The position numbers and the translations under genes were made by a program. This document shows, one piece after another, positions 1 to 13,748 of a DNA stretch of 64,000 bases. Location of the stretch: contig JBLDXI010000001.1 of assembly GCA_047495785.1 (NCBI GenBank), forward strand, positions 1,736,001-1,800,000. The letters run 5' to 3'. Position 1 is the first letter of the stretch. Every line of letters begins with the position of its first letter. Source of the DNA: Lepidodermella squamata (taxonomy: Eukaryota > Animalia > Gastrotricha). Under the pieces are notes generated by a model that saw only the letters and a program-made list of their open reading frames with translations, made no database searches and was not told where the DNA came from.

Positions 1-1
1 G

Positions 2-136
2 TTTTGGAAGACTTTGCAAAACACTCAGGGGACGATTCAACTTCAGCTAAGAAAATTGGCTGATCTCGAGAAGGAGTCTAAGCAACCGGCAAGTCTCAGA
101 AGTCGTAGCCTTATGTCAATGCTATTTAAAGGTTGA
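2..136 (+). CDS. Possible 3' terminal coding fragment of a gene entering from the left edge (FWKTLQNTQGTIQLQLRKLADLEKESK...LFKG*)
   Basis: Open frame from the window edge to TGA at 134-136, with coiled-coil-like composition and AT-rich sequence after it. No family recognised. Confidence 0.3.
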   Translation, partial: FWKTLQNTQGTIQLQLRKLADLEKESKQPASLRSRSLMSMLFKG

Positions 137-1695
137 TAAAACTGGCAATACAAATTTTATTCATCAATCAAAAGTCCGGTGCATTTTTAAATTTAATATA
201 ATGATATTCACGTTCGAAATGAAAATAAACCTTGATGAATCAGAGCGAATCGGTCATGTTTCGTCTACATCTACGGCTTCGGATTAGACTTCTACAGTAA
301 CTGAGCAGCCTTCGAAATTTTAATCTATTCATTTATTATTTATTTATTATTTTATTTTAAAGCTGTTACCTACACGAGAGGGCAGCTCGACAATCTTAGA
401 GAAAACAACATATAGCAGGACAGACTAAGTTAGGATACTTCAGGCTATGATTTCTGAAAAGTTTGATGCTCGGCTGGGTTAGATAATAAACAGACGAAAG
501 CCAGTTGACGAAAATGCGCGCTTCTCATTTATTGCCCATGATTTATTGCGCGCACTAGCAGAGTCTAAAATTTCAACAAATTTTGGAGCGCGCGCACTGA
601 TGTCAAAGGGCTACTTTCGAATAATTGGGCGGCTTTAGTACCAGAATAAAATTCCGATAAGATTCTCTATCGATTGAGTCGATTGGTCCTCGGGCAAAAA
701 TGTCCCAACATTTCCAAAATTCGTTTTTCTGCGAACAAGCAGAATTTATTGCACCCTAATAAAATTCAAAATTTTGAATTCTATATTGCGCACCTGTCAA
801 CCCTGTCTGGCGGCGTCGGTGGTCTACATCAAATAACCCATGGCCCATGTGTTATATAATACATAATTCTTTTCGAAGCAAAAACATTTGATTGGCTCTA
901 ATTTAATTAAAATACCCGCCATCATCATATGTGTAAATTGAGCACGAGCCGCTGGTCTTTCGCCTGTCAAGGTTTGAAGGGGTCTGAATTTATTTTAACA
1001 TTATCGAGCAACTTCGATATGTGCGCTCTTCGCAGTTCTAGACTCAGACCATTCTAAATTTCAAGTGTGACTTTGACGGCGGTTTCATCCCCGTCTTTTG
1101 CCTTGGGGCGCCAAGGTGTCTTCGAATTTGCCTCAGAAATCTCAGAAATGTTTCGCCTTTCGAACATGTATCGAGCAATGCGCAGCTCAATTGGTTTCGG
1201 GAAATAGATCGGTATCTATATACTGCGGTCCAATGCATTATCAATTTGTTAAGATAAGGTTTAGATATTTCGACTTTTTCGATGCTTTTTTGGCGAGAAT
1301 TTAGAAAATCGGAAAAAATTATGAAGAAACCACGATCGAAGTTGCATTTTATATTTTATTTTTTTCAATATTTTGTTATTTAATTATAAGTGTTTTAATC
1401 TACAATTTGAATCGATCAAAAAATGGAAAATGGTAACCCAATTTACGTAGCTTCAGGTCTTTTGGACGATATCTGTCCGATTCGGTGCTAATTACTAAGC
1501 TGACACATCATAGCACAGAAAAAGCTTTGTTTTCGAAGTGAAAACCGTAAAAATAGCCTCGTTTGCTTGTTCACGCGGCGTTAATTTTTACAGCTGCTTT
1601 GCAATTTGACATGAGAAGACATGTAGTATAATATCTACTGACGTGAATATAATAATGTTTTTTTAGTTTTTCACAAAAAGCCTCGCCTCAAAAAA

Positions 1696-3831
1696 ATGAG
1701 CTTTCATGCCAGGCGGCCATCCGGTGCAACTTTGAAGAACATCGCCAAAGTTGCATGTTTCCTCGCGTTATTATTCTTCCTGGTCGTCTTTCAAATACCA
1801 TCAAACCCGGGACAAACCCTATCATCTCCTATTATCGAAACTGAATCTGGCTTAGTGCAAGGAAGCCTGGTCAACCTGGGCCCGGCAATGCAGGAGGTTT
1901 ATCAATTCACCGCAATACCTTACGCTGATGCGCCGGTGGGTGCGAGAAGGTTCCGCCGAGCCGAGCCCAGGGCGCCGTGGGAAGATGTCCTCGAAGCTGT
2001 GAGCCCTCCAAAAGCGTGCCCTCAAAGAATTTTCCCATCACGCGACGACATCGAGTACGATCCGAACCGATATAAGGTAAAAAAAAAGCATCATGCAAGA
2101 ATTTCAATTTAATTTCGAATTTTAAAATTTTCAAAATTTGAAAATTTAAATTTTAAATTAGCTAATATTATTGCGAAAACTACTACGTTTACAGTATTAC
2201 ATTTTCATAATGAATTTTAAGGTGCCAATTTCTGAAGATTGCCTGTTTCTGTCAATCTGGGTGCCTAAAAAAGCTCTAGACCCCACGGCTGCGAAAGTTC
2301 CCGTCTACATGTACATTCACGGGGGCGGTTTTCAATGCGACTCGATAAGCTTCTACAACGCCAGCATTCTAGCCAGCAGGGCCAACATAGCCGTTGTAAC
2401 AATTCAGTACCGACTAGGGCCACTCGGCTTCGCTTATTTCGGCGAAGCTAATCGCAAGCAATACCCGCCTAATCTCGGCCTGTGGGACCAACTCGCCGCT
2501 CTTCAGTGGATTCATCGAAATATCGCGAATTTCGGCGGGGATGAAAATCAGGTGACAATCGGGGGTCAAAGCGCTGGCGGGGCTTCGACTACTTACCACC
2601 AAATTTCACCCCATAGCCGGCCGTTCTTCAAACGATCAATCGTCGAATCTGGCTCAGCTCTAGCAGAGTGGGCAAAACAAACTAAGGACAAATTGGAGAA
2701 GTTGACAAAATCACTCTTCGATCCTTTAATTGCTAAAAATTGCCCGGGTATCGCATCTAATTTTTTGAAATATGACAGAAAAATCATCAAATGTCTGCAA
2801 TCGATTCCGGTCGAAGACATCATTTCCAATAAAGATGGCAAGCAAGTGTTCGGATTTCTGCCGATAATCGACGGCGATTTCGTTCCCGCAAACCCGATAG
2901 ATATAGTTCGATCGGAAAATTTTACCATGCCACCAACTTTGATCGGGTTTACTCGAGATGAAGGTTCGACCTACGTTTCCTTCGTGCCTGGAGTCGCTGA
3001 GCTGCTACCAGTTGCTGGCTACAACAATACCGGGAAATCCTACGAAAAATTGGAATTGCCGCAATTTGAAAGTATGTTAAAATCGGTGGCCAATTTTTAC
3101 GGTATGCCGCGAGTTACCGCAGACGTTGGCGCCATTTTCGTTAAGCAGCATTACCTTGGAGACGTTAAGAAGGGCTTAAAAATAGCCAAGGCCATCAGTG
3201 ACATGGCGGGTGATTCGGCCATTTCGCGGCAAGTTCACGAATGGGCGTTCGAAACTGCGGGTAGACAGCGCGATGTTTACGCGTATCATTTCGCACATCG
3301 CCGTTCCGGTTCAATGGCGCCGGAATGGGTTGGGGTGCCTCATGCTGCGGAAGTGTTTTACATTTTCGGCGAGCCTTTTACGCCCTATGCCAGCCAGTAC
3401 AACTACACGGCGGATGATGCTGTGGTCAGCCATGCTGTCATTACATACTTTTCCAATTTCATAAAATACGGGTATGAATTTTGAGCAAAATTTCGCTTGG
3501 ATGACTCATTATTAAATAGGAATCCGAATGGCAAGTTTGGCAATCCTTATCTAATTCATTGGCGGAGATTACGAGGCGAAGCCGCCGCGGAAACATGCTC
3601 ATACAGCTATCTAGAATTCACGGCTGATTCGATGGTTCATAAAACTCGGGATGCAAACATTTGTAATTTGAAAGCCGGTGATTTCAAGGTAAAAAAGCGT
3701 ATATTTATAATATCGCTGTGACCGAATTTTGCTTTAAACTCCAGTTCTGGAAAGATATGACAGCGATGGTCGACCTCGGCGAAAAGTTGGCTAAATCTGA
3801 TTTTTTCGAAAAGCTGTTCCGAGAATTGTAA
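1696..3831 (+). CDS. Type-B carboxylesterase/cholinesterase family enzyme; exons 1696-2076, 2222-3471, 3520-3688, 3745-3831
   Basis: Motifs SEDCLFLSIW, HGGGF oxyanion hole, QYRLGPLGF, NLGLWDQ, FGGD, GQSAG nucleophile elbow, TRDEG (Glu), GVPHAAE (His), spliced KYGNPNG. N-terminal hydrophobic segment. GT-AG introns keep the frame. Confidence 0.93.
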
Positions 3832-3851
3832 AGTTGGGTTCAAAAATGTAC

Positions 3852-4058
3852 ATCAGCGCTAAATTTTACAGTTACCTAGCGCCTATCCCCAAACTTCTGC
3901 GAGTTCCCTGGAACATAATTCTTAGAGGTTCCCCATTTCGAATATATTGGCTTGCAAATATTCCAAAATAAAAAATATTAATGGGCAAGTAGCTGAGCTC
4001 AAGTGAAGCAGAGACTTGGAGAGGTAGTTGGCGCTAGGTACCGAAATTTACCGCTGAT
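3852..4058. mobile_element. Small degenerate inverted-repeat element (MITE-like, ~200 bp)
   Basis: Left end ATCAGCGCTAAATTTTACAGTTACCTAGCGCC matches the reverse complement of the right end GGCGCTAGGTACCGAAATTTACCGCTGAT with a few mismatches and indels. Non-coding. Confidence 0.45.
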
Positions 4059-4263
4059 TTGGCGCGTTTAGTCTGCGCTCATCGTCGCTAACCAAATAAT
4101 ATTTTGTGTGATAAAAAGTATACAGTCAATGTCGATTTCGGAGAGCTTGGAATTTGCTGGATGTCCATGCTTGTTCTTCGGATATAAAGCTGTTTTCATT
4201 CATTCGCTCAGTTTTTTAATGAAATGAAAATAAATTATCTGGGTTTTTGACACGTTCCAGTTT

Positions 4264-5548
4264 TTGTCTCATCGATGTCAAGTTTATGTCAACTTATTAC
4301 TATTCACGCTTATTTTTGTCATGATCTTTTGTGTAAACGTCTCGAGATCGTCTATCAAGACAGAAAATAATGAACCATTATCAGACATTTCGAAACTTGG
4401 AGCTGAACGATTCTTGAATGATCAAGACCGTTTTACGATTCGCAATTTGCGTTCTGCTAGCTAAATGTTGTCTCGCAAAGAACCTGCTATGTTACACCTG
4501 TGATAATCCGGAAGAAGGATGCGCCTTTGTCGACGCCAGGGAACATTCCTGCCTATCGCTGAGCGCTGCCGCCTGGCCTCGATGTGCGGTTAGTTAGACT
4601 GGTTAACAATTAATTGAAGTTATTCGAAATTATGTCCCATCACTTTCAAGTTCATCGCGGCGCCTGAGCCAGAACGGCTTCGCGCCATATTCAACGAGGC
4701 TATCGGAGCAGCTAACAACAATACTATGGCGTCTGTCGCTGAAACCACGAAATGCACAGATTCAATTACGTAAGCAAAATTATTACCGTCAAACTTTGGG
4801 GTCACTTTGAAATAATGCCATAATGGGGTGATTTTGGCATAGCACATCTCGGAGGTGGCTAGGCTAATACCCCTTGAGTGGGGAACCGTTGGATAGCCAG
4901 CATAGAGGGCAACCCGAAATGACCTGGGTCATTCATTTTGATCACACCTGCTCAACTGCGGAGTCAACGAAAATCTGTCGAAATCGAATTTTCCAATAAA
5001 CTTTGCCAGTCTTTAATTTCCATTTAATGAAACGGATTGATGTCTATTATAGTCATCCAGGGCTTCTTTTATAGGACTATCAAACTCAAGGGGTATTAGC
5101 ATAGCCACCTTCGAGAATTGCTATGCCAAACTCACCCCGTTTTGCCATGCCCAAGTGACACCGTTTGACGCTATACATGTTTCCTAATTCTGGCATTTGC
5201 CTACTTATTCCTTTCGTTGAATCTAGGAACGAAATGAACACTGTTCTGAATCTTGAATTGGCGAAAAACGACCGCTTCCTATGCATTGAGAGCACGCAAT
5301 GTGGCCGCTCTGTCATCACCGATCACATCATCAATACAGTTTTCAAAGAGTGCAACCGTCTGCTATTCTACGACGTCATCTCCCTGCTCATGGGGCTCGA
5401 TACCAGCCTGATAACCATGTGCTGCAATCAAGACCACTGCAACCGTGATCCGCGAATGTCAGCGTGCCAAAGCGCAAATTCCGAGGCCTCCAGTACTTAC
5501 TCTGAGAGCGTGGTTTTACTCATTTATTTTCTGATCGCTTCTATTTGA
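4264..5548 (+). CDS. Ly6/uPAR (LU, three-finger) domain protein, probably GPI-anchored; 5' end unresolved; exons approx. 4261-4330, 4461/4481-4588, 4651-4769, 5227-5548
   Basis: Signal-like LLLFTLIFVMIF, then LLCYTC (LU start motif) near 4484, CCNQDHCN (LU end motif) in the last exon, a Ser-rich spacer and hydrophobic tail VVLLIYFLIASI*. The phase-2 intron 4770-5226 joins the frames. Start Met not found. Confidence 0.7.
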
Positions 5549-7493
5549 CCTCGAAAAAAACGCATCCGATTCAGTAGAAAAACCATTTTATTCTGTTTTA
5601 TTTGTTATTTCACCAAAACGTGTCATTTTGCATATAATAATAATAATAGTAATATTAATAATAATATTTATAATATAATCGTATAATAAGTTTCCTCTTG
5701 TTTTATATTAAATTTTAAGGACTGTTTCTCCCAAATTTTCACCACTGTCATCATGTATACATATTCATGAGAAGAATAACAATATCCGGCTGCAATCAAA
5801 CGAGCACAGCAGCGCACAATTTATATACGGAATTATTATTATTATTTATGCTGTCTATGTGTGCACTTAGACATTCGCACAAATTATTCGAGAACGACCC
5901 GCTCGCGTTCGCTTTTTCCGCAGCCGGCCGCTGATGATGAATCAGTCGTATCATGAATATTAAATGTAGCACGAAAATTATCGAGAGGAGAATAGGCGAT
6001 GTAGAGAGAAATCATCTTCACATTTTGTAAGCCGATATAATATATACGCAATATACTTCTACGAAATTGCTATAAACCCTTGTGAGAGCAGATGGAAAGA
6101 GACGTAATTTATATATTATCATGTACACAGGACTGTAATGAAATTTAACTCATTCGTTAGTTTACTAGACAAATCAAAACTAAAATCCGAAAACAGAAAA
6201 GACTGGGCTTTGAATCAGCGCGTGAGAGAAGAAAGAAAAAAATCGATAATTTCTGTATACACATTTTTAGTCATTCTCTTCAGCAATTTTTTTTTAAATA
6301 ATAATATTATGAAAATTTCAACTAGAATTTCGGTTTTTCTACATGATAACAACACTTCAAGATTTTTCACACCGTTTTAAACATTCATTTCAAGGTGACA
6401 AGGTCGTTAATCATATATTTGGCCGTGTAAACTTTTTGCAGACAAAAGAAAGAAATTTTTCATCATTTTTTCGAGTGCAGCAAAAAACGAAGTGAATCAG
6501 CTGAGTATAAGGTTGATTTTCTCGGCATATCAGAAATAATTTGCACATGTTTTTTGTCCTAAAAAGAGCAGTGAGTGCGTATGAACAAGAAAAAATGTCA
6601 ATAAAAATGTCGCCCAGCGTTGTTGCACACTTTTTGAGAATTCGGTTAACAATAATAATTAATTTTGAAACCCAAATTTCAGATTTTTTTCTATAGCAGA
6701 TTTCAAAGAATGACGCAGAATAAGAATGTTATCAGAATATTATGCAAGAAATTGTTACCAGCTAAAGTAATAAATGACGATTTCTCCCGAAATATATTGA
6801 AATAACAAAAAATTGACGAGTAAAACAAGCGATTGAATTTCGTATTCTCACTGATTATTTTTGTATTTAACCCACAAGTAGTAGATAAAACTAGAAAAAA
6901 TAAAGATATTTCTTAGTAAGAAACGCACATGGCTGATTTGTGATACGGGTGATTTAATCGCAGCGGAACAACGCCGCGGAAGACTGTAATGTGTGTAATT
7001 AAGGTGGACTGAATAAATCGATCGTTCTACCTTACACAGCGATGATTGGCGAATGAGAAAAAAACGTGGGACTAAGAATTGCAGTAAGAATTTCACGATA
7101 GGCGAGAGATTCGGTTGATTTCAGGACACGGAGAAGAAAATCGGCCAAAATCATGGGTTGAAAGACGCGTTTTTCAAGTTCGTAAACATCGCATAACATT
7201 TGTTCATATAATTCATAAGTATATATAAGCTCTCTCATCACACGATAAATTTCGCTCGCTAGAAATACTTTTTCTCAGGCTTCAAGATTTTCGGAATTAT
7301 GGCAATAAAAGATTCGAGTACCCCTCTTAAATAATTTTTCATATATTAATATATGCCTGATAGATAGAAAATTCAGTAGAAAATGATGTAAGATAGGAAA
7401 TTTAGCGCAACGCCACGTGTTGCTGGATGAAAGTCGGCAGAAATATTCCTCCTTAAAAATTCTGGCACTCGACTCATTGGCTACATATTTCTA

Positions 7494-10400
7494 TTACTGA
7501 GAATTCGTAAGCGAAACTTCAACCTGCCAAACGTCGTTATCAACCGCCATACTCGGTAGAATCTCCTGCGAACCGCCGACATTCAGCGACAAATCTTCAT
7601 AGCCATTACCGCGACAGCCTTCAATTTCATCCTCCTCATCAACATCGTCATTGCCGTTATTCGAATGAGAACCGCCGTTTGAACTGGTATTCGAGACGAA
7701 AACCGACGCGGCCATTGAATCGCCAGTTGTGATATCGTCATCGAGCCGCCTTAATAGCTTCCTCGCCATTTGAAGCTCCTCCTTCTCGAGCTCCAACTGC
7801 GCGGCTCTTTGCTTCATCTCCGCCATGGCCTGCGAGTGTTCAGCGGCTAATATTCGATTTCGCAACGCAGATTCTGAATTGTGCGCCTTCAAATCCGCGA
7901 CCTGCCGCTCGAGATCGGCGATTTTCGCCATTAAACCGCGCTCCTTCGACCGATACGCGTCCAGCTCCGTCTCAGCTGTATCAACTCGCTCCTGTAACCG
8001 GGTTAACGTCCGCCTGTCAGACTGGTGTTGCGCTTCAATGTCGATAACGGCGTGCCTCGCGTGGATTAAGGCGGCACACGTGTCAGCCTCCTTCAACCTC
8101 AGCGCCATCAACTGGTCCTGCAAATCTCGAACAACGTTGCCGTTATTCGGCTGCGACGACGTTCGGTACGACTGCCATTCTGACTCGATTTCTTTAAGGT
8201 GACTCCGCAGCGCCTCAACGTCCTGCCGCAGTTGGATGGACGCGCTTTCTGTCGTTGAAATGCCGTCGGCTGATGCGGTGTCTCGGCAGTTTTCAGCGTA
8301 GTGATTGTCGCCATCACCGCACAACTGGTCGTCGTGGTCTCGCGTGTGGTTCTGCGCGCGAATTTCACCGTTTTCGCGCCGCAAATCGCTGTAGTTGGTT
8401 TTCATACGCGCGAATTCGTCGTAGATCAACCGGATGTCGGGGTTTTCGAGGATGCAGACGAGGTGCGGCGGGATGCCGTAGTTGAGCTCGCCGCCGTTCA
8501 GCGATTCGGTCGAGGGCGAGAGGCCTTCGCCGTCGCCGAAGCATATCACCTCCTTGAGGGCGCGCACTGTGCCTTGCAGGGACGCCGAGCTGAGAAGAGC
8601 TGCATCGAGCTCGGCCACCGTCGACGCGTGGACTCGTTTGAGTCGTGAAAGCTCAGAGCGAAGGCTGTCGGCCAGGTCGGCTTCTTCGGCCCGGCACACT
8701 TGGCCTTTGATCAACCTGTCCGCGAGTTCACCAGTTTCCTATAACAAGACAGAAAATGTTAATAAACGAAAACTGAAACCTCTATTATAAGTCTTAATTT
8801 CATATTCAAATTTTATATCAATTCAATAAATTGAACTCTTATTCCTGAATTCGAATGAAAGGGAAAGTCCAAACGCCGAGGCAATTTCAGATCTTATGGT
8901 CGAGGGTATAAAATGCTATAGTAACGCTATATAACTTGTCAAACAGGATAAAAAGATCTAGTTAAGACACGTTAAATAAGGGAAATATCTAAAAAAAAGT
9001 GGGACCTCAGAAAATTAAGTGCGCGACTCATGAAACATTTTTATATGACATAGGACAATAGCTTTCACAAACAAGAATGTAAAAGCTCAAAAAGCGTTTC
9101 CAACCAAGTTTTAATTTCTAAATTAAATTTTGTTGGTAATTTCTCGCTGCCGTGAAATTTCAAACACCGACTTTAAAATTTGCGATGGAGACTACTTAGA
9201 AAATGAAAAATACTTGAAAATTAATTGAAATTTTTCTTAATCCTAAATTTTGGAAAAATGATTTTTGCACTAATCAAACCATCGCTAAGAAACAGGAAAA
9301 ATTTAAAAATCGCGGCGCATAAAATTAGCCGGAAATTCAAATAAAATAAATATCAATTGTAAATCATCCTAAAATTAAGGTGGCAAATTTGCTAGTCAAA
9401 GAAGCCGGAAAGGTAAAAAAAAATTAGCAATTTTCGACTCACCCTTTCGAGATTTTCGATGCGTTGCCTTAAAAGACGGTTCTCCGTACGCAACCGGCGT
9501 AGTTCGACTTGGTCTTCTTGCTCCTTCGACTTGGCTTGCACGAAGTCTTTTTCCCACCTGGTAAAAAAAATCGCAAAATTTAACCGATTGTCGAAAATTT
9601 CAAGCATTAAGGTGGACTAACTCCTCTCCGAAGTCGAAACCGTACATGCACAATATAAAACAGTGGAGGCAAAATGAAATTTGCGCTCAATTAATTCAGG
9701 AAAAAATTTAGAAAGACGTCGCAGTTTGAGAATAATAACATCGAATGTTCAGCTTTTTGGAATGCGCCAAATTACAATGAATCACGTAACGCTGCAACAA
9801 GGCATCTAGGTATGTATATAGTAAAAATAATATCGTACGCTGAATTACAAGCAGAAGACGCTTAATCAATGAATGGGCTGCTAAAAATGATTATGAATGA
9901 ACAACACGCTAATGACGACGATACGTGTTCGACTAACTAGGGCTACAAGAAGCCGCGTTGTTCTCAGGTGTGCACGGGCCATTCTTCGGTGCAATTATTA
10001 AGCTGGCTGGTAGATGTCATTCGCCGAAATGCTATGGGACAAAAGCGCAGGGCGGTCAGCAACTAAATAACTCACGCGGCGACAGGTAGATATATAGTTT
10101 ATTAGCCTAATACACCTTATCACATGGAGCGAAGCCTCCCCCATATACTTACAAGTGGCGAGACTGGCTCGTAGCTTACAACATCGTCGGTATACGTAGT
10201 CTTGCGATGAGCAAGGCTATAATATAAGGCGCATGTGTAAACACCAGTCCAAGAGCAAATAGGGCGGCACTGGGCAATAAAAATAGCGAGCGAACACAAC
10301 ACATCATCATAGGCATGCGACGTTATTTCCTTTAGCAAGTGCGCCGCGACGTCGCAAAAGCATTAAGGTGGCTGCTGCTGCTGCTGCCGTTGCCGCTGCA

Positions 10401-12800
10401 ACACATCGCACATATATCAAAAACATTAGCGCAAAGTTAGAAATAATAGCCAGAGCTGTCGTAAACTAACAATTTTATCGACCTTTTAAGCCATCAACAC
10501 TCATCATCTGTCGGAAGTGAAGAGAGATAGAAGTGAAGACCTCTCACCACAGCCAGAGCTGACCCTACTAGGAAATAATATTATAATTCAGTCGTCACGC
10601 TCGGCTCGTTATTTCATACTACAGTTTGTATTAGCACGCGCTTTAATAATCCACCTTAATGCGCATTTATACCTTATATACGAAAAAAACGCAGACAAAT
10701 AGCTCGAGAGATGCACAACATACTTGGCGAGGTTTTTCTTGCTGAGACGCAGATTTGACGCGGCCTTGACAAGCGTTTGGTACCGCTCTGGCGTCGCATT
10801 CGCCTGGGAGTACATTGACGAGAGCGAGTCGCGTTGTAGCACCTTGATGACGCCTTCCATATCGTGCCGCAGCAGTTCCGCCTCCAGTTGTTGCAACAGC
10901 GCGATGGCGAAATGTAGCAGGAAATCGAGACCCTATTCAACGATAATAACACGCCTCATTAAATATCCAGCTTAATTGATTTTTCAGGTCATAACATTTC
11001 CATCGATTAACGGCAATTGGAGAAAAATTAGGTGAATAATTATTAGTTATACATCCAATTATTTTCATCAATTAAATCTCGTTATTTCATCGGGTGAGAG
11101 TGAGAAAACAGGAAATTTTGGAAAAAAATTGAGGTTGAAAAATACGCACTTTTTGCACTTGATGAACTGCTTTTCATTGCGTTGTGAATTTTAGCTTCTC
11201 ATTGAGCTCTTTGAATGGCAAGCTTTTGGCTTTATTACAATGATAATGAGATCATATATAATTTAATTTATTCAACTATTGTACTAAACTAGTTTACGAA
11301 AAAAATGCCCTGAGACAATAGGAAATGTCCCATATTGTCCTAATTTCTAATGTAAACTAGTGTTTTCGCCGATTTAATTGATCATTCTCGAGGGTTTTTC
11401 TCCCGTAACCAATGGAGATACCAGAGCTGAAGTACAGAAAAACACGAGTTTGCGTGACTGTAGTGTTATTCATCTCATAAAATATACAGAAAATCGATCT
11501 GTTTGTCATGTTATGCTTAATCATCGCTAAAATCGGGTTTTTAACGGAAAAATTCATAATATTGAACTAAAATTCAATAAATTTTGCGATTTTGCCCAGT
11601 ATATGAGCCTAAAATATAACCGAAAATATACTTACATTGACGAGAAAAAGATCCATAATAACGGCCGATAATGACAAGGGTAGAACAGCAGCAAAAAGCG
11701 TTAAAAACCACTGGGTAGAAAACGTCGTTAAATGAACACCCTGCGCCATGAGGTGTTCGTAGAGGCGCGGCAAATGCTCGGCTAGGCACCGCTCGAGCAG
11801 GTAGATTCGCAGCGATAACTCACTCATCGTTGGCTTGTACAGATCACGCAACCGCAAGTGCGGCCGCGTCATCAGCTGCACGAGAACGCAAAACGCGTCC
11901 TCCTCCGGCAAATTCTGCATCAGCAACAGGCCGGCGAGAAACGCCGAGCCCTGGCAGTAGCCGACCTCCTTGTCGTACAGCGAGTACGCCTTGATGATAT
12001 TAAATAAACTCTGTTGATTGTCTTCGGATTGAAAAAACGGTAGTTCAGGATACGTTCGTTGCACATCTCGTTTTATCGCCTTTTCATGCGACGAAGTTTG
12101 CCGACTTAGCTGGGCGTAAGCATCTCGCAGGGTGATTAAAGCCGCGTGAGGCTCCGGGTTCGAACTAAACGCCAACAACTGCCAAGCTAACGGCCTGAAT
12201 TGTTCAGGAATGCCGCAATACTGGACAATAAGGTCGCGAATATAGTTCAATTTTTTAGAGTACTGGTCCCAGCCGGTGATTATATCACTCCAGGTTCGCC
12301 ACAACTCTTCCACCTTAATGCCGCTAATACTGCCGAAAGGGTTCTGTTGACTGCATGATTCGTTGGAATTCGAGCATAAACTGCCATTCGTCGACGAGCT
12401 TGATCTCGTCAACTTGCCGTTCGTTACCGTTTCTTTACCACTATCTTTACTTTCGCTGTCAGGGTTCTGAGTTCGTTCAGATGAATTCGATTCCTTCGAT
12501 TCACCTCGAAGTTCTTTTTGAGTTAACGTTGCGCTAAGCGATGATGCGAGTGATACAGAATCACATGATGAGTCGAACGATTTCGATGCGGAAATCTCGT
12601 TGCACTGCCCCGAAATCGCCAAAGTAGACGGCGGCGAGATGAATTTTTTGTCGCAGGTCAGTTGTCTGTAAAAATGAGCGAAAAATACAAAAATCCACCT
12701 TAAAAATGTAAAAAAATTACCTATTTGCCGCCTCGAGCCTCAGCAACAGCTCATCCATATCTTGGATTGGCTCGTTGATGCTACTAGCCACGTCAGCCAT
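7494..12800 (-). CDS. EVI5: EVI5-like Rab GTPase-activating protein (TBC domain + long coiled coil); exons 12800-12721, 12665-11636, 10932-10724, 9557-9443, 8738-7494
   Basis: TBC motifs GIP..FRPLAW, IKRDVQRTYP (Arg finger), YCQG (Gln finger), QWFLTLF. EVI5-type segments DELLLRLEAANR, ELRRLRTENRLLRQRIENLE, LADRLIKGQV, LMALRLKEA. All splice phases are consistent. Confidence 0.9.
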
Positions 12801-13748
12801 TGTGACTGCCAAGGGGCAAATTTCATCGATAATTCATCTAAAAAAAAAAAGAAAAACAAGATTTAAATTATTTTTACTTTATTAAACTTTCTCATCTCAA
12901 CAGCGCACGCGGCGCACATTTGAGCGCAACAAACAAATTATTATTTTCCTCTTTTTAAGGTGGATGGCAAAAACAAACACGAATTTCAATAGTATTATTA
13001 TAATGATGATGATAGTAATAATAATATTACTGGTTTAAATAACGGGAGGCGTGCGACATCGCATGAACAAAAAACAATAGGAAGGTTCAAATTTGCTATT
13101 ATCATCATAATAATTATTATCCGTCAAACTTTGGGAAAAGGCGAGAAGAGGCATTGAATTGTTATTAAATTGATTCAGTAAAATGTTGATAAAATCGTTA
13201 AATATTTCTTTGCCGTGATTATCCGATATAATATTCATAGAAATTTATAACCATAAAAGTATTCCAACAGGCTATTTACAGAAATAAACTCAACAACGCC
13301 GACGACGAAAAACAGGACTATACCGTTATTCGAAAACATCATCATCGCAAAATCATCATGCTATTCAGGTAAACATATAGTAATAAAAAGGTGAGTCCGC
13401 TACGAGTGTTGTGTTAAACGATAATAAATAAAGTGCGAATGTTTAATTTCGTTACAATTCTTTACAAATTATTATCAATTAGTTGTACCTAAATACAGAA
13501 TGTTTTCATCCATCATCAATCAGATCAAGCGAACAAATTATGTTTTATCATTTATACTGCTAGGATTTTTTCGTAAATTATATATAATAATAGCTTGGTT
13601 GTATCGATGATGATAGTAATAATAACAACAATAATACAATATCTTTCTTCATGACCAACTCATCACGAAACGAGAGAGAAAAAAGCACAAAACACGAAAC
13701 CGAGCCTTGCTGTGAGTGTTCAAAGTGATTAATTCGGTGTAGGTACGG

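Noticed and set aside
4843-5190. Possible extra exon(s) inside the LU gene intron
   Set aside because: Frames compatible with the upstream donor hit stops; the direct 4769-5227 join is in frame.
7825-8790. Several plus-strand ORFs over EVI5, and similar antisense ORFs over pumilio, CXXC and ankyrin genes
   Set aside because: Shadow frames of GC-richer coding exons with no recognisable motifs.
12801-12900. Unpaired acceptor before the EVI5 ATG as evidence of trans-splicing or operons
   Set aside because: A possible cis donor lies ~40 nt upstream; it cannot be distinguished without transcript data.
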